DNA of 64,000 nt from Dehalococcoidia bacterium (GCA_034423175.1 DAOUJA010000034.1:6379-70378); one strand, 5' to 3'; shown: positions 8,598-17,725, numbered from the stretch's first letter. The notes: a model not told the origin generated them from the letters alone. Made by a program: numbers and translations.

Positions 8598-9716
8598 CTA
8601 CGCCCCCGCGATGCAGGAGAGTTCGACTTCGGCGTTGCCGTGCAGGTCGACCCCCACGATGTTCATCGTCGGCGGGTCGCCGCCCCAGTGCTCCGCAGCG
8701 AGCGCCACGAACTCATCCTCGAAGTAGATGTCGTCGAGGAAGACTTCGAGCCGCAGCACGTTCTCCAGCGACGTGTCGAACCGGTTGAGCGCGGCGTCCA
8801 GCCGGCGCAGCGCCTGCCGCGCCTGGCCTGTGCGGTCGCCGTACAGCTCCTGCTTCACCGCGCCGCTCTGCTCGTCCGCGAGCCCCGAAGCGCCCGACGC
8901 GAACACGAGCCCGTTCGCGCGCACGGCCTGCGCCCGGTCCGGGTCCTCCGCCAGCCACGCCGTTTCCTTCACGTCGCCGGGGTTGATGGCGATGCCGCCG
9001 ATCTCCATGACGCCGCGGCCGCCGAGCAGCGTCCCGACTGAGTACGCCGCGAACGGCACGCTCCCGCCGAAACGCTCCTTGAGCTGGTCGTAGTACGGCC
9101 CCACGTCGCCGATGCGCTTGAGCGCGCAGTCCGTACGCACGAGGTCGTCCAGGCTCCCGCCACCCTTCTCCAGGTGGGAGCGCAGCCACTCGTAGGTGTA
9201 GAACAGCTCCGTGCTGAACTGCTCCGGGACCTCCTCGGGCGCCTCCTCGTCCGTGAACGGGTTGGAGCGCCCGCGCACGCCGATGACGTACGTGAAGTCG
9301 CCGCAGCGCGTGATGCGCGACGCCCTGCCCCGGTGCGGCTGGTGCACGAACACCTGCCGTTCCAGGTCCGGCGTCATCGCCATCACGACGGCGGTGAGCA
9401 TGTTGACCCCCGCCATCTTGCACTGCGCGCCGAAGCTCACCGCGAGCTTGTGCCCTTCCTCGCCGAAGTGGTCCGGCCACGTCGCCATGCGCTCGAGCCG
9501 CCACGACTGGCCGGACGTGAAGTTCTCTATCCACACCGCGGCGTCGCCGCCGTAGCCCACCTGCTCCAGGCGCCGCGCCTGCCGCCCGTAGGCGTTGTTG
9601 CACTGCGGTATCGCCTGTCCGTCCAGCTCCGTGTCTATCTGCTGCGTCTCGATGTCGCGGTACCCGTCGGAACTGGAGAGGAAGACGTAGGGGCCGTAGC
9701 GGAGCACCGCCGCCAT
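8598..9716 (-). CDS. Tandem RidA/YjgF/L-PSP-like domain protein
   Basis: The C-terminal half ends ...NVLRLEVFLDDIYFEDEFVALAAEHWGGDPPTMNIVGVDLHGNAEVELSCIA, the YjgF-family pattern. The start at ATG 9716 was chosen to avoid overlapping the upstream gene. Confidence 0.6.
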   Translation of the reverse strand: MAAVLRYGPYVFLSSSDGYRDIETQQIDTELDGQAIPQCNNAYGRQARRLEQVGYGGDAAVWIENFTSGQSWRLERMATWPDHFGEEGHKLAVSFGAQCKMAGVNMLTAVVMAMTPDLERQVFVHQPHRGRASRITRCGDFTYVIGVRGRSNPFTDEEAPEEVPEQFSTELFYTYEWLRSHLEKGGGSLDDLVRTDCALKRIGDVGPYYDQLKERFGGSVPFAAYSVGTLLGGRGVMEIGGIAINPGDVKETAWLAEDPDRAQAVRANGLVFASGASGLADEQSGAVKQELYGDRTGQARQALRRLDAALNRFDTSLENVLRLEVFLDDIYFEDEFVALAAEHWGGDPPTMNIVGVDLHGNAEVELSCIAGA

Positions 9717-9777
9717 CTGCCGGTTGCGCTCGTCACCGAGCAGCACCTCTTTCTTGTGTCGGTTCTCGGCCAAGCGC

Positions 9778-10995
9778 TTACCCCCCGTTCTCCCCATTCG
9801 GTCCCTGGATGCGGAAGAGGCGTTGCGACCGCGCCCACACGACCTCATGCACGAGATCCGGGTCCACGCCGCTGAACATCCGCTCCATCGCGGGCGTCGC
9901 GTCCGGCCACGTCTGTCCCTGCTCGTGCGGGTAGTCGCAGCCCCAGATGACGCTGTCCCGGATCAGGAACTCCGGGTCCGGGATCATCTTCGCGCCGATG
10001 TAGTCCTCCTCGAACGTGAAGGTCATGTTCTTCTTCAGGTAGTGCAGGGGTTCCTGCTCCAGTTGGTGGATCGTGTCCGGCAAACGGTCGCTGTAGCAGC
10101 GCTGCATCCACTGGAAGAGGAACGGCAGCCACCCGATGCGGCACTCCGCCATGGAGACGTGCAGGTCCGGGTGGCGGTCGAACATGCCGCTGAACACGTA
10201 CTGGGCTATGTGCTTGCCCGCCGGGTTGAACGGCACCTGCGAGAAGTGCGCGAGCGACTGCCCGTACTCGTTGGGCGGGTACGGCGTGCCTGCCGTGTCG
10301 CCGATGTGCGCGCAGATCACCACTCCGGTCTCCTCGGCCGCGGCCCACACCGGCTCCCACACGGGCGACCAGACGCCCTCCGCCATGTCGTTCGGGCTGA
10401 GCTCCACGGCGCGGATGCCCTGGTCGGCGAGCCGGTACAGCTCCTCGACGCACGTCTCGGGGAACGCCGCGTGCAGCCAGGGCAGCACGATCAACCGGTC
10501 CGGGGAGTAGGAGCACAGTTCCACCGTCCAGTCGTTGAACGCGCGGTAGACCGCCTTCTCCAACTCCTTGTCCTTGAACACCCACTTGCGCGTGTTCCCG
10601 TAGTACACACCCGCGTAGAACTCGCCGATGTCCATGTGCTCGAGCAGGATCGCCGGGTCGGACGGGGGCAGCCGGCCCTCCTCGACCTCGATGGGCAGGA
10701 ACCGCTTGGCATGGTTCGCCCAGTCCTTGCCGTCGGCAGCGAACGCGTGGATGTCGTCCTCCCACTGCCACGCCGTGCCCTTGTGGGACTCGACGACCTT
10801 CGGGGCCTTCTCCCTGAACTGCGGGTCTATGCGCGACTGGATGATGTCGTGCGGATACCAGACGAGGTCTATGTGGTTATCCGCCGAGATGTACTTGTAA
10901 TCGACGTCGCCCCCGGCTTGCAGGTCGCGCCCCCCGATGTTGCGCCGCCGCGCTCTCCCTCCCAGCCTGTCCTGTCGGACATTCTCCTCCGGCAT
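9778..10995 (-). CDS. Amidohydrolase-2 (ACMSD-like) family metal-dependent hydrolase/decarboxylase
   Basis: ISADNHIDLVWYP..., ...HIGD..., ...WGCDYPHEQG: His/Asp metal-ligand pattern of PF04909-type enzymes. Confidence 0.8.
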   Translation of the reverse strand: MPEENVRQDRLGGRARRRNIGGRDLQAGGDVDYKYISADNHIDLVWYPHDIIQSRIDPQFREKAPKVVESHKGTAWQWEDDIHAFAADGKDWANHAKRFLPIEVEEGRLPPSDPAILLEHMDIGEFYAGVYYGNTRKWVFKDKELEKAVYRAFNDWTVELCSYSPDRLIVLPWLHAAFPETCVEELYRLADQGIRAVELSPNDMAEGVWSPVWEPVWAAAEETGVVICAHIGDTAGTPYPPNEYGQSLAHFSQVPFNPAGKHIAQYVFSGMFDRHPDLHVSMAECRIGWLPFLFQWMQRCYSDRLPDTIHQLEQEPLHYLKKNMTFTFEEDYIGAKMIPDPEFLIRDSVIWGCDYPHEQGQTWPDATPAMERMFSGVDPDLVHEVVWARSQRLFRIQGPNGENGG

Positions 10996-11089
10996 GACTC
11001 CGCTCCTTTCGCCCCCGCGCAAGCCTTCCGCGCGAGGCCACCGGAATCGTAGGATTGGCAGAGGGGAGTGTCAAGGAACGCGGCGTCCT

Positions 11090-11122
11090 CGTCGTTCCTG
11101 CGCAGGCAGGAACCTCGCAGCC
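11090..11122 (+). repeat. Family-A REP unit
   Basis: cgtcgttcctgcgcaggcaggaacctcgcagcc. Confidence 0.85.
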
Positions 11123-11175
11123 CGTGCCCCACAGAAGCGGTCCGCGAACCGACCCTACGCGGAGAGGACAACAAC

Positions 11176-11574
11176 ATGACGATCACCTACTCCACGAACG
11201 ATATGCCGAGCGCAGCCGAGGTCGCCGACCTCCTCCGCGCGGGAGGCTTCAACCGCCCGCTGGACGACCTCGGCCGCGTCGAGCGGATGCTGCGCAACGC
11301 CGACGTCATCGTGACCGCGCGGGACGGGGGTACGCTCGTCGGCATCGTCCGCGGGCTGGCCGACTTCGCGGTCTACGCCCTCGTGACCGAGCTGGCGGTC
11401 GCCGCGCCCTACAAGCGGTCGGGCATCGGGCGGGAACTGCTCCGGCTCTTCCGCGAGCAGGCCAGCGACGAGTGCGCCATCATCCTGCACTCCAGCGAGG
11501 AGGGACACGCCTTCTACGGCCACCTCGGCTGGGACAACCTCACCCGCTCCTGGCGCCTGCCGCGTTCACGCTAG
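11176..11574 (+). CDS. GNAT-family N-acetyltransferase
   Basis: ATG 11176 preceded by ggagagga. The motif ELAVAAPYKRSGIGRELL is the acetyl-CoA-binding Q/RxxGxG/A pattern. Confidence 0.8.
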   Translation: MTITYSTNDMPSAAEVADLLRAGGFNRPLDDLGRVERMLRNADVIVTARDGGTLVGIVRGLADFAVYALVTELAVAAPYKRSGIGRELLRLFREQASDECAIILHSSEEGHAFYGHLGWDNLTRSWRLPRSR

Positions 11575-11581
11575 ACCCTAC

Positions 11582-11649
11582 CGTCATTCCCGCACAGGCA
11601 GGAAGCCAGGGTGCGCGGGCAGCGCACGCGGGGAGGCTGGGTCGGGTGG
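11582..11649 (+). repeat. Family-B REP/MITE-like element
   Basis: cgtcattcccgcacaggcaggaagccagggtgcgcgggcagcgcacgcggggaggctgggtcgggtgg. Confidence 0.8.
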
Positions 11650-11715
11650 CTTCGTCGGCTTGCGTTGCTACCACCATCTCCGCCATCCCGCCACCGCGCG
11701 GGCAGGCTGAAGCCG

Positions 11716-11877
11716 TCACCTTCTCCTGCCGAACAGCACTGATAGCAGGACGAGCACGACGATGCCGACGCCTGCGATCCCGGCAGCCCATTCCTGCCCC
11801 GACACTACGAGGACAAGGGCTATGAACGTTACGACTACGATGCCGGCAACAAGAGATTGAAAGGTAGGTGGGAACAT
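11716..11877 (-). CDS. Candidate 53-aa two-TM membrane peptide (below the ORF-track cutoff)
   Basis: Hand translation: MFPPTFQSLVAGIVVVTFIALVLVVSGQEWAAGIAGVGIVVLVLLSVLFGRRR. It lies in a locally AT-richer patch. Its start is 5 nt after the stop of the preceding small ORF. Confidence 0.35.
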   Translation of the reverse strand: MFPPTFQSLVAGIVVVTFIALVLVVSGQEWAAGIAGVGIVVLVLLSVLFGRRR

Positions 11878-11882
11878 TCTGG

Positions 11883-12044
11883 TCACTCGGTGATGCGGAG
11901 TAGAGCAGTGACTATGGCGGCCGTAGAACCTATGCCTGCCAGAATCATAAGGGCAACTTCGGCCTTGGTCGCGTAGTGCTTCAAGGTGCGGTCAAGCTCC
12001 TCCCGCAACTCAGCGCGAGTGATAGGGTGCTCTCCCGTTGACAT
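11883..12044 (-). CDS. Candidate 53-aa peptide: charged N-terminal helix plus a C-terminal TM segment
   Basis: Hand translation: MSTGEHPITRAELREELDRTLKHYATKAEVALMILAGIGSTAAIVTALLRITE. GGAGGG lies about 12 nt upstream of the ATG. Confidence 0.4.
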   Translation of the reverse strand: MSTGEHPITRAELREELDRTLKHYATKAEVALMILAGIGSTAAIVTALLRITE

Positions 12045-12121
12045 GGTCTAACGCTTCCCTCCGCTGCCTTGAATCTCATGCGGAGAATAGCGCAGACGAA
12101 CTGACACTGCCAGGTACGCCC

Positions 12122-13474
12122 CTAACGCATCGACCGCAGCGTCCGTGAGAAGAGCGTCTCCCACGCCCCATAGGCCAGGATCACGCTGCCCGCTGACGCG
12201 AGCGCGATGCGCCCGCCGAACAGCTCCGCCAGCCCCGTGATGCCCAGGATCGCCACCGGGATGAGGCCGCCCATCATCGCGTTCAGCGCCTGCACGCGTC
12301 CCCGCATCTCGGCCTCCGAGTACGTCTGCAGCGCCGCGAGGTGCACCACCGTCCGCCCGGAGTGACCGATCCCGATCGGCAGCATGAGCAGCAGCGACAC
12401 CACGTACCACTCCGACCACGCGAACCCCACCACTCCCGCGCCGAACAGCGAGAAGAAGCCGATCAACAGCAGTCCTTTCCGCTGGAAATCGCCCAGCGAC
12501 GCGGCGGTCGTCGAGCCGAACAGCGACCCGAGGCCGAAGAACGTGACCAGCAGTCCAACGCCGTCCGCCTCTATCTGCAGAAGGTCCTGCGCCAGCGGCA
12601 GCAGGTGCTGGAACGGCTGGCCGAACACGGTGATCACGAAGCCCGCCAGGATCAGCGTGCGGATCCGCGGGGCCTGCCAGACGTAGCGGAAGCCCTCGAG
12701 CGGCGAGCTGCTCCGGCTCCGCCGGCGCGCGGCTCCCGCGCCCTGCACCGGGGTGAGGAACATCAGCCCCATCCCCACGACGTACATGCCGACGATGAGC
12801 ACGTAGGCCCACTCCGGGCCCCACCGCGCGAACAGCACGCCGGCCACCAGCGGCAGCAGCGTCCGGTTGGCGTTCTGCGACATCGTGTGCAGGCCGGTCG
12901 CGTTCAGCAGGTGCCGCTCGTCCACCAGCCCGCCGATGATGGCGCGCCGCGTCGGCGTGATGAACACCATCACGGAGCCCTGAAAGACGCCGATGATCAT
13001 GACGTGCCACCAGTCCAGCACGTCCATCGCGACGCCGACCGCCGTGATCCCCGCGAACACCGCCATCAGCCCCGCCGCCACGATGAGGATGTTCCGCATC
13101 GAGACCCTGTCCGCGAGCGCTCCCGCGAACGGAGACAGCACGAGCGACGGCGCGTTGTTCGCCGCGATGACGATCCCCAGCACGATGGGCGCGCGGTCGG
13201 CGAGGTCGTAGGCAAGGAGGGGCCGCGCCAGCATCGCCGCCTGCATCCCCCCGAAGTAGAAGAACATGGCGATGAAGTAGTTGCGGTATGCGGGGACCCC
13301 GAGCGCGTCGAATGTGCGCAGCCACCGGCGGCGTCCCGCCCGCTCGGCGCTCTGCGTGGACGTTCCTGCCCGCTCGGGGCTCGTCGTTCCTGGGGCCCCT
13401 TCCGTCGTTCCTGCGGAGGCAGGAACCTCGTTCCCCTGCTCCGCGCCTGTCGGGCGCTGCTGCTCCTCGGCCAT
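12122..13474 (-). CDS. MFS transporter
   Basis: 450-aa polytopic protein with MFS loop motifs (GALADRVSMRN). The N-terminal 45 aa are encoded by family-A repeat DNA, so the true start is uncertain. Confidence 0.85.
   Translation of the reverse strand: MAEEQQRPTGAEQGNEVPASAGTTEGAPGTTSPERAGTSTQSAERAGRRRWLRTFDALGVPAYRNYFIAMFFYFGGMQAAMLARPLLAYDLADRAPIVLGIVIAANNAPSLVLSPFAGALADRVSMRNILIVAAGLMAVFAGITAVGVAMDVLDWWHVMIIGVFQGSVMVFITPTRRAIIGGLVDERHLLNATGLHTMSQNANRTLLPLVAGVLFARWGPEWAYVLIVGMYVVGMGLMFLTPVQGAGAARRRSRSSSPLEGFRYVWQAPRIRTLILAGFVITVFGQPFQHLLPLAQDLLQIEADGVGLLVTFFGLGSLFGSTTAASLGDFQRKGLLLIGFFSLFGAGVVGFAWSEWYVVSLLLMLPIGIGHSGRTVVHLAALQTYSEAEMRGRVQALNAMMGGLIPVAILGITGLAELFGGRIALASAGSVILAYGAWETLFSRTLRSMR
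13359..13430. repeat. Family-A REP copies (2 half, 1 full) inside the 5' end of the MFS ORF
   Basis: gacgttcctgccc, ctcgtcgttcctgg and ccgtcgttcctgcggaggcaggaacctcg. Confidence 0.8.
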
Positions 13475-13583
13475 GGAGCGATGCTACCGCCGCGCCGCGT
13501 CCTTTGCCACAGCGGGGTTCCGGGCGCCTCCGCGATGGCGTTCCCGATGAGCGGAGCGGGCATTGCGAGGCGGGCGAACGCCG

Positions 13584-14870
13584 TCAGCCAGCGTCCACCT
13601 CGCCGACAGCGAAGCGCTCGTCTCCGGGGGGAGATGCCTCGCCATACAGGTCCCTCCCCCAGCAGACGGCGCTTCCGTCTGCGCGCAGACCGCATACGTG
13701 GGACCCGCCGCAGCTGATGGCTACGAAGCGCCCGCCCGAGGGTGGCGACATCACGGTCTCTCCGTCGATCCCCCAGCAGACCGGGACTCCGTCCGGCTGG
13801 AGGCCACACGCGAATCGTCCCCCGCTGCTTACGGCCACGAAGCGCTCGCCCTCAGGCGGCGACACGAATTTGATGATCCCGCTTCTCCAGCATGTGTTGC
13901 CTCCACATCCTTCATCGAGGACGTCGGGCGGAAGCGTCCAGCAGGCTACGCCGCCGTCGGACTTCAGCGCACACTTGACCAGGTTGCCGTCGCTGAATGA
14001 GACGTACTGTTCCCCCTGCGGCGCCGAAACCCGGATAGAGCCCGTCTCATCCCAACAGAAGGAACTACCGTCAGGACTCAGTTCGCACTCGGAGTCCATA
14101 CTGCTGGCGAACAACTTGAGCCGCCCACCCTCGGGCAGCAGGGTTTCGCGGCTGCGGTTCCGGCCCCAACAGGCCACACTGCCATCATCGCGCAGCCCGC
14201 ACCCGCCGGTGAGGTGAACGAAAAGCTCGCCCTCCGGTGAGGCCGACGCTACGTCGCGGCCTCCCCCCCAACACACGATGGCAGCGTCAGTGCGCAGCCC
14301 GCACGTTCTGTAGGCCCTGCTGCTGAGGGAAAGGAAACGCTCATCCTCCGATGGAGGAGGTTGACTGGCATCGTTGAACCCCCAGCAGGCCACGCTACCG
14401 TCGGGGCGCAGGCCGCACGTGTGGAACCACCCGCTGCTGAGCGCAACGAAGCGCTCGCCCTCAGGCGGCGACGATTGGCTGAAGTCGTTCAATCCCCAGC
14501 AGACCGTGCGGCCGTCGGGACGCAGGCCGCATGTGTGGGCGGTCCCGCTGCTGAGCGTGACGGGGCGTCCGGATGTGTATGGGGACGGCCGTTCTGGAAC
14601 AGGCAGAGGAGTGGGAGTCGCGGTTGGCGTGGGGGTGGGAGCGGGGGTTGGGGTCGACGTCGGCGTAGGAGTCGAGGTGGGAATCGAGGTGGGAGTCGCA
14701 GTGGGAGTGAAAGTCGGCTCCGGAACGGGCGCAGGTGTGGGAGTGCTGGTGGGGGGCGGCGTGGGCGTGGGGGTTGACGTTGGCGTGGGGATAGGCGTTG
14801 GCGTCGGCTGCGAGCAGGCGGCGAGCGCGAGCGCAAGGAACACGAGGACGAGGAGCGGGGGCGTTCGCAA
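13584..14870 (-). CDS. Lipoprotein with a Pro/Thr-rich linker and RCC1-like beta-propeller repeats
   Basis: TTG 14870 lies 7 nt after GGAGGG. Signal plus lipobox: [18 protein letters not shown]. About 75 aa of (T/P)-rich linker. About 9 repeats of CGLRxDGxxxCWG. Confidence 0.8.
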   Translation of the reverse strand: MRTPPLLVLVFLALALAACSQPTPTPIPTPTSTPTPTPPPTSTPTPAPVPEPTFTPTATPTSIPTSTPTPTSTPTPAPTPTPTATPTPLPVPERPSPYTSGRPVTLSSGTAHTCGLRPDGRTVCWGLNDFSQSSPPEGERFVALSSGWFHTCGLRPDGSVACWGFNDASQPPPSEDERFLSLSSRAYRTCGLRTDAAIVCWGGGRDVASASPEGELFVHLTGGCGLRDDGSVACWGRNRSRETLLPEGGRLKLFASSMDSECELSPDGSSFCWDETGSIRVSAPQGEQYVSFSDGNLVKCALKSDGGVACWTLPPDVLDEGCGGNTCWRSGIIKFVSPPEGERFVAVSSGGRFACGLQPDGVPVCWGIDGETVMSPPSGGRFVAISCGGSHVCGLRADGSAVCWGRDLYGEASPPGDERFAVGEVDAG

Positions 14871-15175
14871 GGGATGTCCCTCCGTGGAAGTGCGTGGGAT
14901 TGTATATCCCTGGCCTCGAACCGGGTCGGCTGGATGGGCCCCCGCGCCCACGCACTCCCCTTCGCGGCGTAGTCATCACAGCGACACTGCTCTATTGCAG
15001 ACCTGAATCGCCTCCCCCATAATGAGGAACTACGCGTACAGCGCGCACCTGACCCTGTCGGACGAGCCGCAGGAAGATCGCTGCCCCCTCAGCGCAGAGC
15101 GAGGGGGCTCTTCATGTTAACCGGCAGCCCGTCATCCCGCTTTCGCGGGGACCCGGAGGCTTTGCCGTTAACGGG

Positions 15176-16741
15176 GTGACAGAGGTGGGACAGGAGATGG
15201 AACAGACTGCGGAAGACTTCACGCGGTACGCGGACGACCCCGCAGGGTTCGTGCGGGACGTGCTCGGCGAGGCGGGCATGCCCTACTCGAAGCAGGTCGA
15301 GATGCTCGACGCCGTCGTGGAGCACCGGCGCGTCTCGGTCGTCGGCGCCAACGGCTCCGGCAAGGACTGGGCAGCCGCCCGGGCCGTGCTCTGGTGGATG
15401 GAAACGCGGACGGATGCCAAGGCGGTCGTCACCGGGCCCACCCAGCGCCAGGTCGAGGAGATCGTCTGGCAGGAGATGCGCGAGGCTTACGCGGCGGCCG
15501 AGGACCGCCTCAGCGGAAGGATGCTGACCTCGAAGTACCGCATCGACGAGAACCGCTTCGCTATCGGCTTCTCCACCAACAAGGCCTGCAACATCCAGGG
15601 CTTCCACTCGCCCAACCTGCTCGTGGTCGTCACCGAAGCCCACGCCGTGCCGCAGGACCAGATAGACGCCATCAAGCGCCTCCACCCCAACCGGCTCCTC
15701 CTCGTCGGCAACGCCATGTCCCTCGAAGGCGAGTTCTACGAGTCCCACCACTCCCGCCGGGCGCGTTACCACCGCATAAAGATATCCGCGTACGACACCC
15801 CCAACTTCACCGGCGAGAACGGCGGTCTCCCCGGCGCCATCACCCCGGAGGACGCCGAGGAGCTCGCCCTCGACTGGTCGGAGGACCATCCTTCCTACGT
15901 CGCGGGCGTCCTCGCGGAGTTCCCCAACGCCCAGGAGGACTCCCTCGTCGGGCGCGACGCCGTCGAGCACGCCATGGAGCGAGGCGCCGCCCTCGCCGTA
16001 CAGCCCTGTCCGGACGGCCCCGACGCCAACGCACCCGTCTACCTGGGCGTGGACGTCGGCCGCTTCGGCGCGGACAAGTCCGCCATCTGCGTCCGCCAGG
16101 GCGGGCGCGTCCACAGCCTGCGCTCCTTCCGCGGCATGGACACGATGCGCCTCGTCTACGAGATCATCCGCACCAGGGAGGAGAGCGGCGCGGAGGCCTT
16201 GTTCGTCGACGAGGGCGGTCTCGGCGGCGGCGTCATAGACCGCCTCCGTGAACTCGGCGAGCCCGTCTACGGCGTGCATTTCGGCGGACGCGCTCCCCAC
16301 CGCACACGCTTCTTCAACACGCGCTCCGAGATCTTCTGGGAGGTGCGGATGCTGCTCAACGACGGGCTCATGACCCTCCCTCCCGACGAGGAGCTCGCCG
16401 GTCAGCTCGTCTCCCTCCGCTACGACGTGTCCAGCTCCGGCCAGGTGCGGTTGGAGGGCAAGCGGGAGATGCGCAAGCGCGGGCTGCCCTCACCCGACAA
16501 GGCGGACGCCCTGGCCCTGGCCTTCCTCACGCCGCCGTCATTCGGCATCTGGACCGGCACGGAGCCCTTCCTGGACGACGCCGCCCGTTCGCCCGGGAGT
16601 CTTCCGCGGCCCCAGTACGGCATCGGATGTGAGCTCCCGCCCTCCGCCCTCTCCTCACCCGCCGAACACGGGAGCGCCGCGGACGGCGACGCCCCCGACC
16701 GGAGCAGCGCCCGTACCCCGAACCTGCAGGTGTGGTTGTAG
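15176..16741 (+). CDS. Phage terminase large subunit-like protein (orphan)
   Basis: Walker A VVGANGSGKD and Walker B-like LLVVVTEAH. RNase H-like nuclease Asp motifs GVDVGRFGADKSAI, FVDEGGLGGGV and PDKADALALAF. Confidence 0.75.
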   Translation: MTEVGQEMEQTAEDFTRYADDPAGFVRDVLGEAGMPYSKQVEMLDAVVEHRRVSVVGANGSGKDWAAARAVLWWMETRTDAKAVVTGPTQRQVEEIVWQEMREAYAAAEDRLSGRMLTSKYRIDENRFAIGFSTNKACNIQGFHSPNLLVVVTEAHAVPQDQIDAIKRLHPNRLLLVGNAMSLEGEFYESHHSRRARYHRIKISAYDTPNFTGENGGLPGAITPEDAEELALDWSEDHPSYVAGVLAEFPNAQEDSLVGRDAVEHAMERGAALAVQPCPDGPDANAPVYLGVDVGRFGADKSAICVRQGGRVHSLRSFRGMDTMRLVYEIIRTREESGAEALFVDEGGLGGGVIDRLRELGEPVYGVHFGGRAPHRTRFFNTRSEIFWEVRMLLNDGLMTLPPDEELAGQLVSLRYDVSSSGQVRLEGKREMRKRGLPSPDKADALALAFLTPPSFGIWTGTEPFLDDAARSPGSLPRPQYGIGCELPPSALSSPAEHGSAADGDAPDRSSARTPNLQVWL

Positions 16742-16858
16742 GCGTGCGTGGCTGTCTCTGGCAGCGAACTGGCGCTTGGTGTAGGTTGCCGGTGCACGTC
16801 CGGGATGTGAGAGGGCATGGAAGTGAGTGAAATCGAACCGGGAGCCCCGGCTTGCTGA

Positions 16859-17593
16859 ATGCCGGCGAAGGAGCGAACCATGGTCGATCAGAACAGTCCG
16901 GAGAGTCTGCGCCAGCCGAAGCCGCCCCCTTCCAGGCCGAAGCGGGTCCAGCGTCACTTCCAGAGCAAGGTGGTCGCGGGGCTGCTCGAGTTGACTCCCC
17001 TCATCGTGACGGTGCTCGTCCTCTTCTTCATCATCGGCTACGCCGACCTGGTAAGGGATCTGCCATTCATAGCCGGCCAACCGTGGGACTTCCCCGGCGT
17101 TGGGTTGATCATCGCCATCGCCGTCTCCTACGTTGTGGGCCTCATCATCGTGACGCCACTCGGACGTATGCTGATGCGGGTGAAGGACGTGGTCCTGCGC
17201 AACGTTCCCATGGTCGGGACCATATTCGGAGTCACCCACCAGGCGATCACGTCGTTCTCCGGCCAGTTCAACTTCAGCCGGGTTGTCTTTGTGGAGTGGC
17301 CGCGGGAAGGGATGGTGGCGATGGGGTTCGTGACCGGGCAGGTGTACTCGGAGGACAGGGAGAAGTCCATGGTCGCCGTGTATATCCCGACCGTCCCCAA
17401 CCCGACGTCCGGAAACATGGCCTTCATCATCGAAGACGATGTCATGGAGACCAACATCTCAGTGGATGACGCCATGAAGCTCGTGTTCTCAGGCGGCATA
17501 CTCCTGCCCAAGTCGATCGTCATGGCCAGGGTCCCGCTGGGCACGAGGGACTCGCTGGACTACCTGGGACGATTCGAGTCGATTCCCAAGTAG
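16859..17593 (+). CDS. DUF502 family membrane protein
   Basis: Two N-terminal TM segments, then ...VFVEWPREGMVAMGFVTGQ...VAVYIPTVPNPTSGNMAFI, the typical DUF502 core. Confidence 0.8.
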   Translation: MPAKERTMVDQNSPESLRQPKPPPSRPKRVQRHFQSKVVAGLLELTPLIVTVLVLFFIIGYADLVRDLPFIAGQPWDFPGVGLIIAIAVSYVVGLIIVTPLGRMLMRVKDVVLRNVPMVGTIFGVTHQAITSFSGQFNFSRVVFVEWPREGMVAMGFVTGQVYSEDREKSMVAVYIPTVPNPTSGNMAFIIEDDVMETNISVDDAMKLVFSGGILLPKSIVMARVPLGTRDSLDYLGRFESIPK

Positions 17594-17725
17594 CGCTTCT
17601 CCTTTCCTCGCGAGTGGCAACCCGTGCCCACACCCCTGCTTGTGCGCTGTCCATGGAGGAACGCGGCATTCGGGGCCTGGATCGGCACGAAACTCACCAT
17701 GAGCGGACACCGCCGACTACCCCGC

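Noticed and set aside
16831-16845. T-loop-like strings (GGTTCGAT on the minus strand here; GGTTCGAG on the minus strand near 50040-50055) that might indicate tRNA genes
   Set aside because: The flanking sequence cannot be folded into a T-stem, anticodon arm or acceptor stem. No cloverleaf could be built by hand in either place. I found no tRNA in the window, though a tRNAscan run would be the definitive test.
13584-17593. An intact prophage around the terminase gene
   Set aside because: No portal, capsid, tail, integrase, repressor or lysis genes flank it. The neighbours are a lipoprotein and a DUF502 membrane protein. Only the orphan TerL, and possibly the small membrane peptides 3 kb away, look phage-related.
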